In this document: positions 13,071-25,625 of the stretch, in pieces | How the letters are laid out: each line of letters starts with the position of its first letter | How positions within the stretch are numbered: the first letter of the stretch is position 1 | DNA from: Pavona decussata | Lineage: Eukaryota | Assembly (NCBI GenBank): GCA_977016875.1 | Contig: CDRNST010000054.1 | Location: forward strand, 1,612,001 to 1,676,000 | Direction: 5' to 3' | DNA: 64,000 nt | Position numbers and translations under genes: made by a program | The notes under the pieces: model-generated | What the model was told of the DNA's origin: nothing | Databases searched by the model: none | What the model saw: the letters and a program-made list of their open reading frames with translations, nothing else

Positions 13071-13910
13071 GCAAGTCATCATTTCGAAAAGTTGTTTTTG
13101 TTCAATGGCGGCCACATGTATGAATTTAAGACTTTGATCTCCCGTTTTCAGAGAGAAAACTAACCTTTTTCAAGCAGTAAATCGAAATAATAACTTCTAG
13201 GTAGTACTCGACAGTTGAAACAGTAGAAATTGAGAGAGTTCACAGCAAAGAAACTCCGCTTTAAAAAACAGATCGAATGATCAACGCGAAGGATTAGAGC
13301 TAGAGGAGGCCAGACCAGTTCAGCGGGGTCATGACGTTATTGCATAGTTATCTCTGGTATGATGCCTAGTAACACAACGATAAGTATCACGCAATATATC
13401 TGAATAAAACCATTCAGACAATTATTTCAAATGCCAAGGGAGGATAGTTTTTAAATATCTGCGAAACATACAATGGGGAATAATTGGGGCTACATTAAGC
13501 ATTCCGTGTAATGCCATTAGAGGGGCATCTTGTTTTACATACAATTACGCTTCAGTGAGGTACACTTAACTCTTACAGGATCATAAAATTATTTGAATTG
13601 GATGTTGGCCATTCCTTGAGATAACACTGTAAACCCAGGCTTTATGTTCATTCAAAGGAGTTTTCAGGGAATGCTTGTTTTCAATTTGGGTTATTATTGA
13701 GGAAAGTTTTGCTTTTCACAGTTGGTGGGGTTTGACAATAAAAATCAGCTTAAGACTTGGACTTATATCATCTTAGATTTGCGTGGAGCATATTTCTAGT
13801 GGGGCTCATAATGAAACCTTATGGTGTACCGCAAAAGTGGTTGCATTCTACCTACAAAACATCGTTTGCTATTTGTCTGAGGATTTCCTGTGCTGTTGTA
13901 TTACCTGTAG

Positions 13911-14120
13911 GATGGAGATTATCAACATGCCAGCGCCACTACCAAGAAGCATCAAGATTTTACTCTACAGGACGGTTTACTCCCAAGTGCCATGCAGATG
14001 GTCGTTACGAGGAGGTCCAGTGTTATGGCAGTAGATGCTTTTGCGTTGGTAGTGATGGTCTGGATTCAGGTGTCAATGAAACTGTGCTGCCTCAAACTCC
14101 AAGCTGTCCACCTTCTCGCG
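13911..14120 (+). CDS. Thyroglobulin type-1 repeat 6
   Basis: STCQRHY..FTPKCHADGRYEEVQC..CFCVGSDG..C; G|GTTAG donor. Confidence 0.9.
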
Positions 14121-14743
14121 GTTAGGACCTTCTCCTATTTATGCCTGTTCTAACGAGATAGTTTTATCTAAAGAATGTACATTGTCCCCATATCGCCAGA
14201 TCTCGAATCTTGAAATGACCAGCCTCAGATTGAGATAGGTGGTCCCTTAAGGCAGAGGATTGCTAATCAGGCAATCTAGCAACAGCAGTTAAGATGTCTC
14301 CCTATGGCTTAAAGTTTGTGTGCATACTGATGATGCGCGCCTCAGTAATGTGCGTGCGGAAGCTGATGTAAGCTCATGCAAAACAGCGAACAAGTCAACA
14401 ACACAGCTCTTAAATTGTCAAATTAAATCTATATTATTTAATATAGAGAAAATTTAATCCGCAGAGGTCATGTAAATGGTTAGCCTTGTACTCAACAGTA
14501 TAGTTGCATTAGTGCCTCCTTTTGCCCTCGTTTGTGTTTTTGCAACATTAGCTTACAGGGCAGTAGCCTCACGTGTGGCTTCAATGCAATCTGATTTTAA
14601 AAATGCTTTGCTTGAACAGAGACCATTAGCCATACCTCCTGGTCTTAAGAGTCACGATACAATCCCAACAATTCTGTAGTTGTATCCCTTGAAGCTGTCG
14701 TACTTCCTGGCACATATATATTTATTTTGAGCAATTCTTCCAG

Positions 14744-14947
14744 ATCCAGAAACTCCAAGAACACCATGTGAAATACAACGCAGTGCAGCACTTCGAGGAT
14801 CAACAGATGAATTTGCACCATTTTGTAGACCTGATGGATCATTTGATCCAGTTCAGTGTAAAGGTCTGATGTGTTACTGTGTAGACAGCAATGGAAGAGC
14901 CATTAAGGGAACGAACACACCCCGTCCAACTCGACCAGACTGTGATG
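14744..14947 (+). CDS. Thyroglobulin type-1 repeat 7 (not in ORF track)
   Basis: ttccag|PETPRTPCEIQRSAALRGSTDEFAPFCRPDGSFDPVQCKGLMCYCVDSNGRAIKGTNTPRPTRPDCD|GTAAGT. Confidence 0.9.
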
Positions 14948-15368
14948 GTAAGTGATAGGTGATTGTAAGTGCTGTGCAATGAACGGCCCTCTATATAAAC
15001 ATACATCTAGGCCCAGTCTTAGGACAGGCCAAACTAGGGCTATTAAAGTTATACGAAATTTGTTTGAATGTGATTGGACGTCCATCACATCGGAGACCAT
15101 TCCACTTCTGATTTCTGTAATGTTTTGGAGCCAGTCTGTGTCAGAGAAACGTTGTTGCCAACAGTTTTTTTTATTCCACTTCATCCCTTCTCACCAAAAT
15201 TGCAATGCAACGGAAATAGTTACCTCACAAGACCTTGTTTTCTGAAGTAAAACTTCAAAGCATGATTAATCACTTATAACTTTTATCTGGCAGTACACTA
15301 TAGCTGCGGTCAGCGGATGACTTTATAAAAAATACGCCAGTAATCAGTTGGTTTTTCATTTTATTCAG

Positions 15369-15572
15369 GTCCCAGTCCTACTGCATGCCAGAAGACGTAC
15401 TTAGAAGCTCTGAAACAATACCGCCCAGGTCGATTCATTCCACGCTGTACACGCGATGGCAGATTTGAGCCTATCCAATTGAATGGACCGGATGCGTACT
15501 GTGTGGACAATGCTGGAAAAGAAATACCGGGAACAAGAGTGGCAAGGCCAGTAAGACCTAACTGTGTTGCGG
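15369..15572 (+). CDS. Thyroglobulin type-1 repeat 8, 4-Cys variant (not in ORF track)
   Basis: ttcag|PSPTACQKTYLEALKQYRPGRFIPRCTRDGRFEPIQLNGPDAYCVDNAGKEIPGTRVARPVRPNCVA|GTATGT. Confidence 0.88.
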
Positions 15573-16125
15573 GTATGTAGCCATCTCTCCAATCTCTTGT
15601 TGGGACTCGGCTTGATTCAAAAATTTTGTACAGCCATTCCCGTTTTTGTGAGCTATTAGTCCTTCCTCATAAATGGGCTTACTCGATTTATGCCAGTCTG
15701 TCAAGTGGCTCATTGGTAACTTTATCAATGACTAGATTAACATGTAAGGTAGTGGTCATTATTCTGAATGTCTCTTGCATGTTTTGCAACTTCTTTATAT
15801 ACATGAACGTTTATCAAGTTAGACTTCCCAGTTTAAAGTTAAAATTAAAGAAATACTAAAAGAATCACCCAGTCCCAGAAAAATATTTATCTTTTTGAGA
15901 CTTGAACAGGCTATAGAGTAGGACCATTGCATTCACCACTAGAAAAAGCTGAGGTACTTCACGTTCAAATGGAATTACCAAGTGCCTTAGCTTTACATCT
16001 AGGAACGTTAGCATCCAACCATTTATGCAGATCCAACGCGACGTTACAATGGCACACGTTTATGTTGGTCTTCAAGGCATCATTAGTTATAGGTAGTCTT
16101 CATGATAATTATTGTTGTTTTTTAG

Positions 16126-16287
16126 ATAAACCTGGTCGCTGCCCAGTGCCTTGGAAAGAATTAGATGCAGTCTGTGATTTGAAAATAGGAGATGAATGCG
16201 AACGTGACAATGACTGTAAAGATAACGACAAGTGTTGTTTCAATGGCTGCCGAAAAGACTGTGCAAAAGTTCCAAGTGAAAAATACG
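16126..16287 (+). CDS. WAP (four-disulfide core) domain exon
   Basis: KPGRCP..C..C..DNDC....KCCFNGC..C: 8 Cys in WAP spacing; phase 1-1. Confidence 0.88.
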
Positions 16288-16395
16288 GTAAATTTTGTAA
16301 CTTACTATTTGTTTTAATTCATGATTCATGCTCTGGAGATGACGGTTCTAATTTCCGCATACCCTATCAACTCCATCATTAGCCAAAGTAAAGAA

Positions 16396-16550
16396 GTAAA
16401 CATGTTTCGGATGAAACTTCATTCACCTTTAGTACAGAACCCGCTAGTGAGTGTGATATAAGCTATATTGTATACTTTCTGAATTTGTATCACACCCACT
16501 AGCGGGTTCTATACTGAAGATGTATGAAGTTTCATCTGAAACATGTTTAC
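16396..16550. repeat. Long intronic hairpin (~60-bp arms)
   Basis: gtaaacatgtttcggatgaaacttcat..cagaacccgctagtg.gtgtgata / tatcacacccactagcgggttct..atgaagtttcatctgaaacatgtttac. Confidence 0.85.
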
Positions 16551-17054
16551 CATAAAAAAGTCACAAACTTCATAAACGTTAGTTGGAATACTAACAGGAT
16601 CGCAGTATAAGCTGTCAGCATTTCATTTGTTTCACTTGCCACTAGTTAAAAAACATCCAAGCCTCCTATTTTCCCACTGCTGCTCAGTGGATTTTCCAAA
16701 AACTAAGTAACCCCCTAAAAAAAGGTCGATTGTTACGAAGATCTCGGCAAGCAGACTGACCTCCATCAACACCCGTGCACGTTTGCTTTTGTGTGCTATA
16801 CCAATGTTATTTTCGTTTGTAGTGCATAAACATTTCAAGGTCGAACCAAAGTTACTATGCTTTGAAAGTTGTGTACTAACTGCGAGGATCTTTCTTCTAT
16901 TTGATGATGCCTAATGCTGCCCAGAAATTTCACACGTTTGCTTACAAAATACCTTTGGAACAAATGCACCAACAATCTCAATTGTATTTTTTTAAATGTA
17001 CTGGAAGGAATTTTTGTGAACGTAAATGTTAATCTACACATTTTTTGGTAACAG

Positions 17055-17398
17055 GGGAGGAATGTCCAATTCCTATGGATGCCACTATCATAATTGACTC
17101 GTCTGGATGTGTAAGTCGCCGCAATTGGGTTCACTTGCTGAACTTTGTCCAAACTCTGGTCAGTGTCTTTAACGTGTCACCAGCTGGAGGTCGTATTGCC
17201 CTAATACAATACAGCACTGATGCCAATGTGGTTCTCAAATTCAACACATTAACTGGAAACCTTCTCAATGGTGCAGAGGTCACCAGGCAGATAGGTCGCC
17301 TACAGTGTCTGAGAGGTTCTAGACGAGCTGATAAAGGTTTGGAACTAGCTGACAAGGAAGTGCTGACTCCTGCAGCTGGCTTGAGAAATATCACCAGG
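17055..17398 (+). CDS. VWA4 N-half exon (DSSGC type)
   Basis: EECPIPMDATIIIDSSGC...LQCLRGSRRAD...; AGG|GTAAGA. Confidence 0.9.
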
Positions 17399-17575
17399 GT
17401 AAGAGCATTAACTGCTGTAAGAGATGTAACTCCTTGCTGAGATGGCTTCAAAACATTAACTATTAACCTTTAGTTCAAGATTTAAGTACCACATTTAAGC
17501 TATAGTGTTTCTGTTCTTTAGTGAAAGGCTGTAATTATCTTAGCAATATGCAGGATATTTTTGTCACATGAACCT

Positions 17576-17700
17576 AGTCTCCTATAGCTTAGTGGTAGAG
17601 CATCCGAACTAGTAATCAAAAGGTTTTAGGTTCGACTCCTTATAGAAGCACTCCGATTTTCTTTTTCCTATTATGCCTGCGTCACTCACTGAATAATACA
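17576..17700 (+). mobile_element. tRNA-derived SINE
   Basis: A-box TAGCTTAGTGG and B-box GGTTCGACTCC followed by a non-tRNA tail; degenerate antisense copy at ~27610-27680. Confidence 0.7.
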
Positions 17701-18125
17701 TTATTCTCAACAATTGTCTTTGCAAAAACGTTCTGGTTTAGTAATGTATCTTTGAAGTGAATAGCATTAAAGTGTCATCAAAACTATTAAATAGGGGTTG
17801 AAACAGGCAGAAAACACCAGTTGGTACTCGCATTGAAAATAGTACGGCAAAGCAATGACTTTGCTTTATCACCATATCACTTCCCCATATTGCTGTATTG
17901 AGGCAATGGTGGGAAAGTCATACTAAAATTCCCATGATGACATCACCGGAAGTGATTTTCGGAGGTCGAGCACGCAATCTGATTAGAATTGCGCTAAGCA
18001 ATTCTTTTAAACCGAGACTTAACATGCAACCGTATTCCATGTGAATTTATGATAAGGTTGAACATGGTGAAAATTGAATTTTTGACCAGTTTATTGTTGA
18101 TTTTTGTCCTGTTCTCACCCCGTAG

Positions 18126-18366
18126 CCTGTTCTTGTTATCATGACTGGAAAGCAAACGACAGACCAAGGAGTGTACACGCCTCTTGATGTGGCCTCTTCT
18201 CGCCTCAAGAGTAAAGGAGCACCAGTGTTTTCCTTGGGTATAGGAGAAGACGTGGACACTTCAGAACTTGCCAGAGTTGCTTCATCACCTGATAATGTGT
18301 TTACAGTGGACTCATATGAGGACCTAGACAGCAAAGTTAAGGACATGAAGAGAGGCCTCTGTATAG
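18126..18366 (+). CDS. VWA4 C-half exon
   Basis: cgtag|PVLVIMTG...VFSLGIG...RGLCI G|GTACA. Confidence 0.9.
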
Positions 18367-19000
18367 GTACATAGTTGATTTTCCTTTTCCTTCCCGAACA
18401 CCTGTTTCGTTAAATTAAATCCAAACAATGTTTTCTGTTCTAGTTTAAACTTTTACATCATCTGATTTTGGTTTAGTTTTTAATGGTCCACCTTCATTAG
18501 TATTAATTCTGGTTTTTGCTTTTCCTTCATGATTCTACATTAAAATTGATATCTTTAATTTTGACCTGTTTTTCCCAGTGTCTTAATTTTTTTATTTCCA
18601 TGTTGTTCTATAAGTAAATGGTCCCAAAATTTTGTCCAGTCTCTGGTTACATTGTATACAAATTTATGTTGTGTGATATTATTGAAATATTATTGAAAAA
18701 GATATTGTCTGGACCACATTGTGGTTAAAGTTGCATTTTCAACTCAGGCACGCATTATGACTCAACTTGTGCAAAAATGGCAAATATTTGTTCTTTGCGC
18801 CACATGTACTCTGTCTTCTGAATTGACTTTAACCCCCTCCTTCTTTAGGAAACATTTAAAATTTTGTTCGCCTGCACTAACGTGGTGGTTATCCTTTATG
18901 AATTGCAAATACTGCATCAGAGTCTGAATGAGTTCAGGGCCTTGATAATAATCTCTTAAGTCTTAGTACCATTTCCTTATGTAGAAAATTTCCTTCTCAG

Positions 19001-19084
19001 GAATACCGCTTGATACAACTGCATCACCTACACCAACTCCAGCTCCAACACCAACACCAACACCATCAGCCACATTAACAACAG
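19001..19084 (+). CDS. Pro/Thr-rich linker exon
   Basis: ttctcag|IPLDTTASPTPTPAPTPTPTPSATLTT G|GTAAAC. Confidence 0.85.
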
Positions 19085-19191
19085 GTAAACAATTGTACAG
19101 TAGTTGGCTTTGTTGCAACGCGCGATATGCTCAACAATTACCCTTACTCAGAATTTCTTAATATCGTTAACATGTCATATCAACATTACAG

Positions 19192-19401
19192 ATCCATGCA
19201 AGACTGTTGGCTGTAACGCCCCGTACAACATTGGCTGTACAGTTGTGGATGGTTCAGCTGAGTGCATATGTCCTTCATGCCCTGACACACTCAGTCCTGT
19301 GTGTACATCAGATGGTGTTCAGGATCGATCCGAGTGTTTCATGAAAAGGCAGTCTTGTCTGAGTGGTGACCTGGTGACAGTTGCAAAAGCTGGACCATGT
19401 G
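19192..19401 (+). CDS. Follistatin-like (FOLN + Kazal) domain 1
   Basis: 10 Cys: DPCKTVGC..GC..ECICPSC....PVCTSDG....SEC.....SC......GPC. Confidence 0.88.
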
Positions 19402-19589
19402 GTATGAGAACACATCATACCAGTAATAATTATTGTAGAAACTAAAATTGCTAAGTTTCACTCGAGGTGCAAGTCCCCCCCCCCCCCCCCCAAAAAAAAA
19501 AAAGCATAGAAAAAAAAACGTTCATGTAGGTTGACTAAAACGTTAGATGAAGCTATTGTAGGATTGTCTCTGCAAGAAAACATTTTAAG

Positions 19590-19900
19590 GAATAAGGGAA
19601 ACTATCCCAGTTATGTACACAACTTGAACAGTTGCGAAAAGTAAGCCTGAAAAAAATTGAGGAATGGGATTCGAACCCATGACCTCTTGGATTCCTGTGA
19701 CTTGCTCTACCAGCTGAGCTATCAAGCCAGTGGTGAAGTGATGGCATTGTTGACCTCTATGGGTATCTTATGAATTTACAATCGAAGAGGTTATGGGTTA
19801 GAGACCTGCCAAAGCCTGAAGTTCTTTTTGAAGTTTGCTTTATCTGGGATGATCTCTCTTATTCATTCTTTCATCCACAGTTCAAATATATCTAGTTCAT
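19590..19900 (-). mobile_element. tRNA-derived SINE-like repeat (head-to-head remnants)
   Basis: Minus strand TGGCTTGATAGCTCAGCTGGTAGAGC...GGGTTCGAATCCC, with a decayed opposite-facing half downstream. Confidence 0.6.
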
Positions 19901-20066
19901 ATTTTTCTCTTAGTTCCAGAAAACATTTTTTCATTTCACAAACTGGAAGCTATGCTAAACGTGTGCTAAAAAGAAGGACATCCTTTGGACTGCAACTGTG
20001 GACGAATGGTGTTAGTAATTGGTTAAAATATTTAGCATTAAACTGTTTTCAAATTTTCATTCCCAG

Positions 20067-20401
20067 ACAAGGAGTGCGAGGCAGTCATAGACATAGCATT
20101 TGTGATTGATTCGTCGGGAAGCATCGGAGATAGCAGCTGGGATAGAAAGAAGAGATTCTTAAAAGCAATAGTCAGCAAGCTTGATGTTAGTGCCTCTGGT
20201 ACACATGTAGCAGCTGTTGCCTATAGCACCAATGCTGAGGTTGTGCTGCTGTTCAGTAATGGCCAAAGTACAGATGAGGTCAATAAAGCTTTTGATGGAA
20301 TGCGTTGGAAGCGTGGATTCACTTTCACTGACAAAGGCTTGCTGCTTGCAGACAGAATAGTGTTTCAGACTGCAAATGGCATGAGGCCAAGTGTACCAAA
20401 G
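20067..20401 (+). CDS. VWA5 N-half exon (canonical MIDAS DSSGS)
   Basis: KECEAVIDIAFVIDSSGS...GFTFTDKGL...; AAG|GTAAAG. Confidence 0.92.
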
Positions 20402-21355
20402 GTAAAGTGAATGTACTTTGACACTGTCAACAATTTTTTCCATATTTTGCCTTACCAGGATGTTGTTATTATGAACACTGTAGTTGTATACAGAAACATT
20501 GTACTTAAAAATCAATTTATACTATTATAGAATGCAGGTTCGTCTTGTGTAATGTAAAGGTCACTTCTATTTGTCTTGTTTATCTTTGTGAATTCTAAGT
20601 TTTGAAGGACAAAAAAGGTTTCTTCTAACAAAACTTTCACTAAACGTTCACTTCCGTAAACAATGGAACCTAAACGTTGTGCAACTAAAGGTTTGGTGCA
20701 TTTGTTTAGGAGGAGGTTCGGTAAGTTAAAAGTGATCCTAACAAGTTTACTATAATGATATTAGCGATAAACTGCAACCTTCTGTAGATTGTGGGCCCCA
20801 TCAGTAACACTTAAGATTTATGAAGGACAGAGCAAGAAACAAAGCCTTACCTTTAAGGAAATTTCTCTCACTTTGATGAAGAAAGCCAGTTCGAGACACA
20901 TAACATGTACTGCTATGGCTGCAAACATAGTGTTTATCCACTGAAGCATTTGTATGGTAGACATGGAAACAGGAGTGATCATGAACAAACGCAATCTTCT
21001 TAACAAGACTCTTGGAGTGTTTAACCAAAAGGACTGACAAGACGTTTTTTGTGCTCTGTTGGACCAAACACAGGTACCGCAGGATGAGGATGTCTAAACT
21101 CCATTTGTGCTTCGGATTATGTCTGCTTTAGTCTCATAGTCTCATTTCTTCCTTCATGTTTTTTATAATCCCCATTATTAAAAACTGGATCTTTGTATGA
21201 TGTAATTTCCAGGGATTTGATTGGTTTAGCGGCCATGGTACATGAGTCATTATACCATTCCCGAGAAATAGCGACCATTAAATTGTCTTCTGGTTGTTGT
21301 TGCAAAGGGAAATCAGCAAATCTAGCAATATTTCGTGGTGGTTTTTAATAAAACA

Positions 21356-21463
21356 ACTATTCCACTCGCCTTTGTTGGACATGAGATGATTATAGCCAAC
21401 TCCACGCTACGGGCCTTGTTAGCTATCTATCATCTCATATACAACGCACGCTCGTGGAATAAT
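21356..21463. repeat. Palindromic hairpin at the end of a dispersed repeat (~21165-21470)
   Basis: tattccactcgc..tgttggacatgagatgattatagccaac / gttagctatctatcatctcatatacaacgcacgctcgtggaata. Confidence 0.75.
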
Positions 21464-22045
21464 AGTATTGTTAGTTATACACGCAAGATGCTATGCGGCC
21501 TGGTGTAATGGACTTCAGGAAATGATGCACTCAACGTTTCCTCTGCATTGTTATGGTCATAATACTGACTGATGTACCGATATTTATGATAAATGAAGTA
21601 ACTCGGGTGTAAATCAAGTAACTCATAAATTATCACCTTTCTTGTTCATCAAGTTTTATTACCTGCACCAATGACTTGATGTGATTTAATTCTTTTAGTT
21701 CTCCCAGAAAGTTAAATATTTGCTGGAAGGAGCATCGTGGCACTGATTTTGTAGGCCTTTAAACTGATGTCACTTGGGAATTCGATTTGGTCTCTTTAAT
21801 AAACTCCTTTTGATATCAAAATTCAGCTTGACAATGAGGCCAAGAGGACGCCAACAAGGGAAATTGAATATCATGCTTTTTATTCATTTCTGTTTTTTGA
21901 GTCCTGTGGACCTTGATATCAAGTTGAATTTTTATATTTTGAAAGGAGCCTATTTGCCTATTAGATCCAGGGAACTTTTTTTTGGTCACAACTATCTCCT
22001 CCTACTGCAATTCCATGCTTATTTTATGGTAACTTTGTTGTTTAG

Positions 22046-22283
22046 GTCTTGATTGTCATCACGGATGGAAAGCAAACAACATCCAAACCCTACACTGAAT
22101 TGACAGTGGCATCTCAAGGAATAAAAGACAAAGGAGTTTCAGTGTTTGCTGTCGGAGTGGGCAGAGGACCTGACGTGTCAGAGCTCCAGCAAATTGCCTC
22201 AACCCAAGAGAATGTATTTTCATCTGAATCCTACCAGGAAGTCATTTCTCTTGCCCCTCCAATACGAGACAAACTTTGTGACT
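22046..22283 (+). CDS. VWA5 C-half exon
   Basis: tttag|VLIVITDG...VFAVGVG...LCD T|GTAAGT. Confidence 0.92.
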
Positions 22284-22897
22284 GTAAGTAGTAAAATCTG
22301 TTAACAATGACTATACCAGTTCCCAGCAACTAGTATTAATTTTGATTGTGTGTGGATTGCCAGGAAGAAAATGGAGTGCGGCTTGAAAAGGTTGCCCGAT
22401 TTTTCTTCCTAAAGGTATCAGAAAAGTTGCTAAAGAAATCATTTAATATTTTCTTCTAGTGCTCTAAGAGTAGTATTATGTTTGAGCAGAGATCCTTTGC
22501 TAAAAATATTTGTTGACCAACCGACAGCAAAATCTCCACGACAATGTCTCTTTGACCCTTTTGACTTTCAAGACAGGCCGAGCACAAAACAGTGAACAAT
22601 GCTCGAAACGTTTTAGTGGAGATATTGCAAAACAACATTTCTACTGAACAGGTTTCACCCTTTATCAGTGGTCACAGTTTATCTGTTATGCAAAGTGTGA
22701 ATTACTGTAGTAGAACCTCTTTAATCTACATACGGTTTCACTGCAGAAGTTTTAAAATGGCATATGAGAATTTCTTATAATATCTGCCTTTAATTTAAAT
22801 CCTTGACCGCATTCCATTGCATCCCGCTGCCTTGGACCAATACAGCAATGAATAAAATTTCTTTACTTACAACTCTGGAATTATTTTGTTTTCTCAG

Positions 22898-22954
22898 TTG
22901 CACCTCCAGTAGTCACGCCAACTCTAACTCCAACGCCTACTGCAACTCCAACAG
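22898..22954 (+). CDS. Pro/Thr-rich linker exon
   Basis: ttctcag|APPVVTPTLTPTPTATPT G|GTTTG. Confidence 0.8.
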
Positions 22955-23696
22955 GTTTGTTCTAGCACTTGCTTTCTTACACTTGCTGTCGAGACTCCCT
23001 TGTTCTGAATCTGTTTGCCTTAGGACATTTAATCCCAGGAAAACATGATCCCCTACTCATTGCTTTCCCAATTTTCTTACATGCAGGTTTTGGTGTAGAA
23101 ATAAAATTAGTTTGTGTTCTGCTTCCAACAATAATAATCGTATGTGTTATTCCTATTGTGAGGAAACTGGTTCTTCTGGAATATTTCTGATTAGTTACTA
23201 GCAAACATGTTACATTTTATTTATTGTTACTGTAATGGTATTGTTTCAGTTAAGCGCCAGAAACGGCAGTTCTTAAAAGTTATTTAGAATACTACAGCAT
23301 ACATTCATAAATGACCTTAAATTACGTTAACTTGTATTACAGACGTCAAATGTTTAAGTTTACTAAAATCTTTGATAGAATAATTCTTGAAGCCCGCACC
23401 TTTTGGATTGAATTTAAAGAGGGGCACTCAATGTCTGTAGCTTAATGTGCAAGAACAATGTTTAAAATATCATAAATGCTTGTACTGAATATTCTTCTGA
23501 TTGTGTTAGCGTTACTAGTATTTTTTCGGTTGCCAGTGACATAAACACTGTATAGTGAAAACGGCAAAAAGCGCATGGATATACTTAAGTAACGTCCTGT
23601 GAAGTATGGGATGGGGATTATTTGTACGTTTTATATAGAATAAACTGGCTTTTTGGTTGTGATTCTCCTTCTGAAGAGTATCCTTATTTCGCTCAG

Positions 23697-23951
23697 TTCC
23701 AACTGTTACGACACCAGCACCTACACCAACCAACGTTGAGGATCCGTGCAAGACCGTTGGCTGCAATGCACCTTACAACATTGGCTGCAAAGTTGTGGAT
23801 AGTTCAGCAGAGTGCATCTGCCCTACATGTCCTGACACGGTTAGCCCCGTCTGCGCATCAGATGATGTTCAGGATCGGTCCGAGTGTTTCATGGAGAGGC
23901 AGTCCTGTCTAACTGGTGATCTGGTGACAGCTGAGAAGAGTGGACCGTGTG
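23697..23951 (+). CDS. PT linker + follistatin-like domain 2 exon
   Basis: gctcag|PTVTTPAPTPTNVEDPCKTVGC...GPC G|GTATGT; paralog of 19192-19401. Confidence 0.88.
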
Positions 23952-24364
23952 GTATGTGAAGGCAACAATGTCACAAAAGTGTTGTCCTTTATGTTGCCAC
24001 TTTGTGGTAGTGCCAACTCGACAATCAGGTTGCTTCAAAAATATATTAATTAATAAGTACAATAACAAAAAAGTGCAGAACAAGTTGTCAGCAAACATCG
24101 TCTTGCTCATATTTAGACAAATGGATGACTGTACATTCAAAAATCCTCATTTCGTATTGAAATCTCACACCAGACAAGGACTGCAAGCCAGTTTGTATTT
24201 GAGCTTTATTCGTTGGGAAGCACTGGACATAGTAACTAAAAACGTTGCTAAACATGTGCTTATTAGGGACATCCATGGGACTGCAACTGTGTACGAATGG
24301 TTTTAGTTATAATTTGTTGTTTAAATTACTCAGCATTTAAGAGTTTTCATTTTTTTTTTCACAG

Positions 24365-24699
24365 TCAAAGAGTGCAAGGCAGTCATTGACATAGCATTTG
24401 TGATTGATTCATCGGCAAGCATCGGAGTTAGCAGCTGGGATAGAAAGAAGAGATTCTTAAAAGCAATAGTCAGCAAGCTTGATGTTAGTGCCTCTGGTAC
24501 ACATGTAGCAGCTGTTGCCTATAGCACCAATGCTGAGGTTGTGCTGCTGTTCAGTAATGGCCAGAGTACAGATGAAGTCAATAAAGCTTTCGATGATATG
24601 CATTGGCAGGAAGGATTCACATTCACTGACAAAGGCTTGCTGCTTGCAGACAGAATATTGTTCGAAACTGCAAATGGCATGAGACCAGGTGTATCAAAG
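24365..24699 (+). CDS. VWA6 N-half exon (MIDAS DSSAS)
   Basis: Paralog of VWA5a; AAG|GTAAAC. Confidence 0.92.
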
Positions 24700-24840
24700 G
24701 TAAACGAACATGTAGTGTACTACAGACAAAATGATATGAGCTATAGTGTTCAATGAACCAATCACTACATACATCATGACCTTAGATGTTGCTAAGTGTA
24801 TTTTTTTTTCCTGGTGAGATTCCAAATTACAGCACCACTA

Positions 24841-25625
24841 CAGTGGAACCCGCTCTACGGACACCTGCTTAATACGGACACCCAGATATTATGGATAGTT
24901 TCGTTTGACCCATACTCATACTCATACTCATACATTTCCTCTTAAATTAACCTGCTTAATACGAACGCCGGTTAATACGGACAACGGACACTTTTTTGAC
25001 AAATTTTCATACATCGTCAACCCTACTTTGCGGACACTGGTTCCTGCGCACTGTCTGTTTTCCTTGTCACAATTGATCATGCCAAATGTAGACATTGTGC
25101 GTTGTTCAAATAACGACAGATTTCTTTGGGTTAATACGATTTTATTACTAAAATCAGTAGCTTAATAGCATGGCATATTTGATCAGTCTCTTTCTTATGG
25201 TGTTTGACCCTTGTACTATAGTCTTTAATAAAGTTTTCTGCCTGTTATGCCCTCACAACAGTTTCACTTCTTTGGTCTTTGCTGCAGTCATTGCTCGTTT
25301 CCTCCCTCCTCTTTGACAAGCCTTGCTTACCACTATCAACATCAGCCTCTCCTCGGAGACTGATGCTGACTTTGATTCCGTTGTCATGTTTCAAGAACAA
25401 TAACGTAATTCTTAGTCCGAGGATTTGATAAATGAGCGTAAGGTTTCTTTAGTTTAAACTTGTTACAGTTACAGTTAAGAATTAAACAACGTTTTGTTGC
25501 CGAAGAAATGTGTGCTTAAACCTTTGTATCGATAAATCATGTGTCTGTAACGATTTTTTCTGAGAGCCCGCTTAATACGGACACTTTCGCATGTCCCCTT
25601 GGTGTCTGTATTAACCGGTTTCTTT
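24841..25625. mobile_element. Tc1/mariner-pogo-type MITE (right TIR decayed)
   Basis: TA|CAGTGGAACCCGC.., repeated AATACGGACA motifs, right end GTCTGTATTAACCGGTTTC. Confidence 0.65.

Noticed and set aside
17576-17650. Possible tRNA gene
   Set aside because: A and B boxes are present but the stems are imperfect, a SINE-type tail follows and a decayed copy exists at ~27610, so it is called a SINE
19474-19503. Poly-C followed by poly-A as a functional element
   Set aside because: Simple low-complexity tract; a similar one occurs at ~4345-4374
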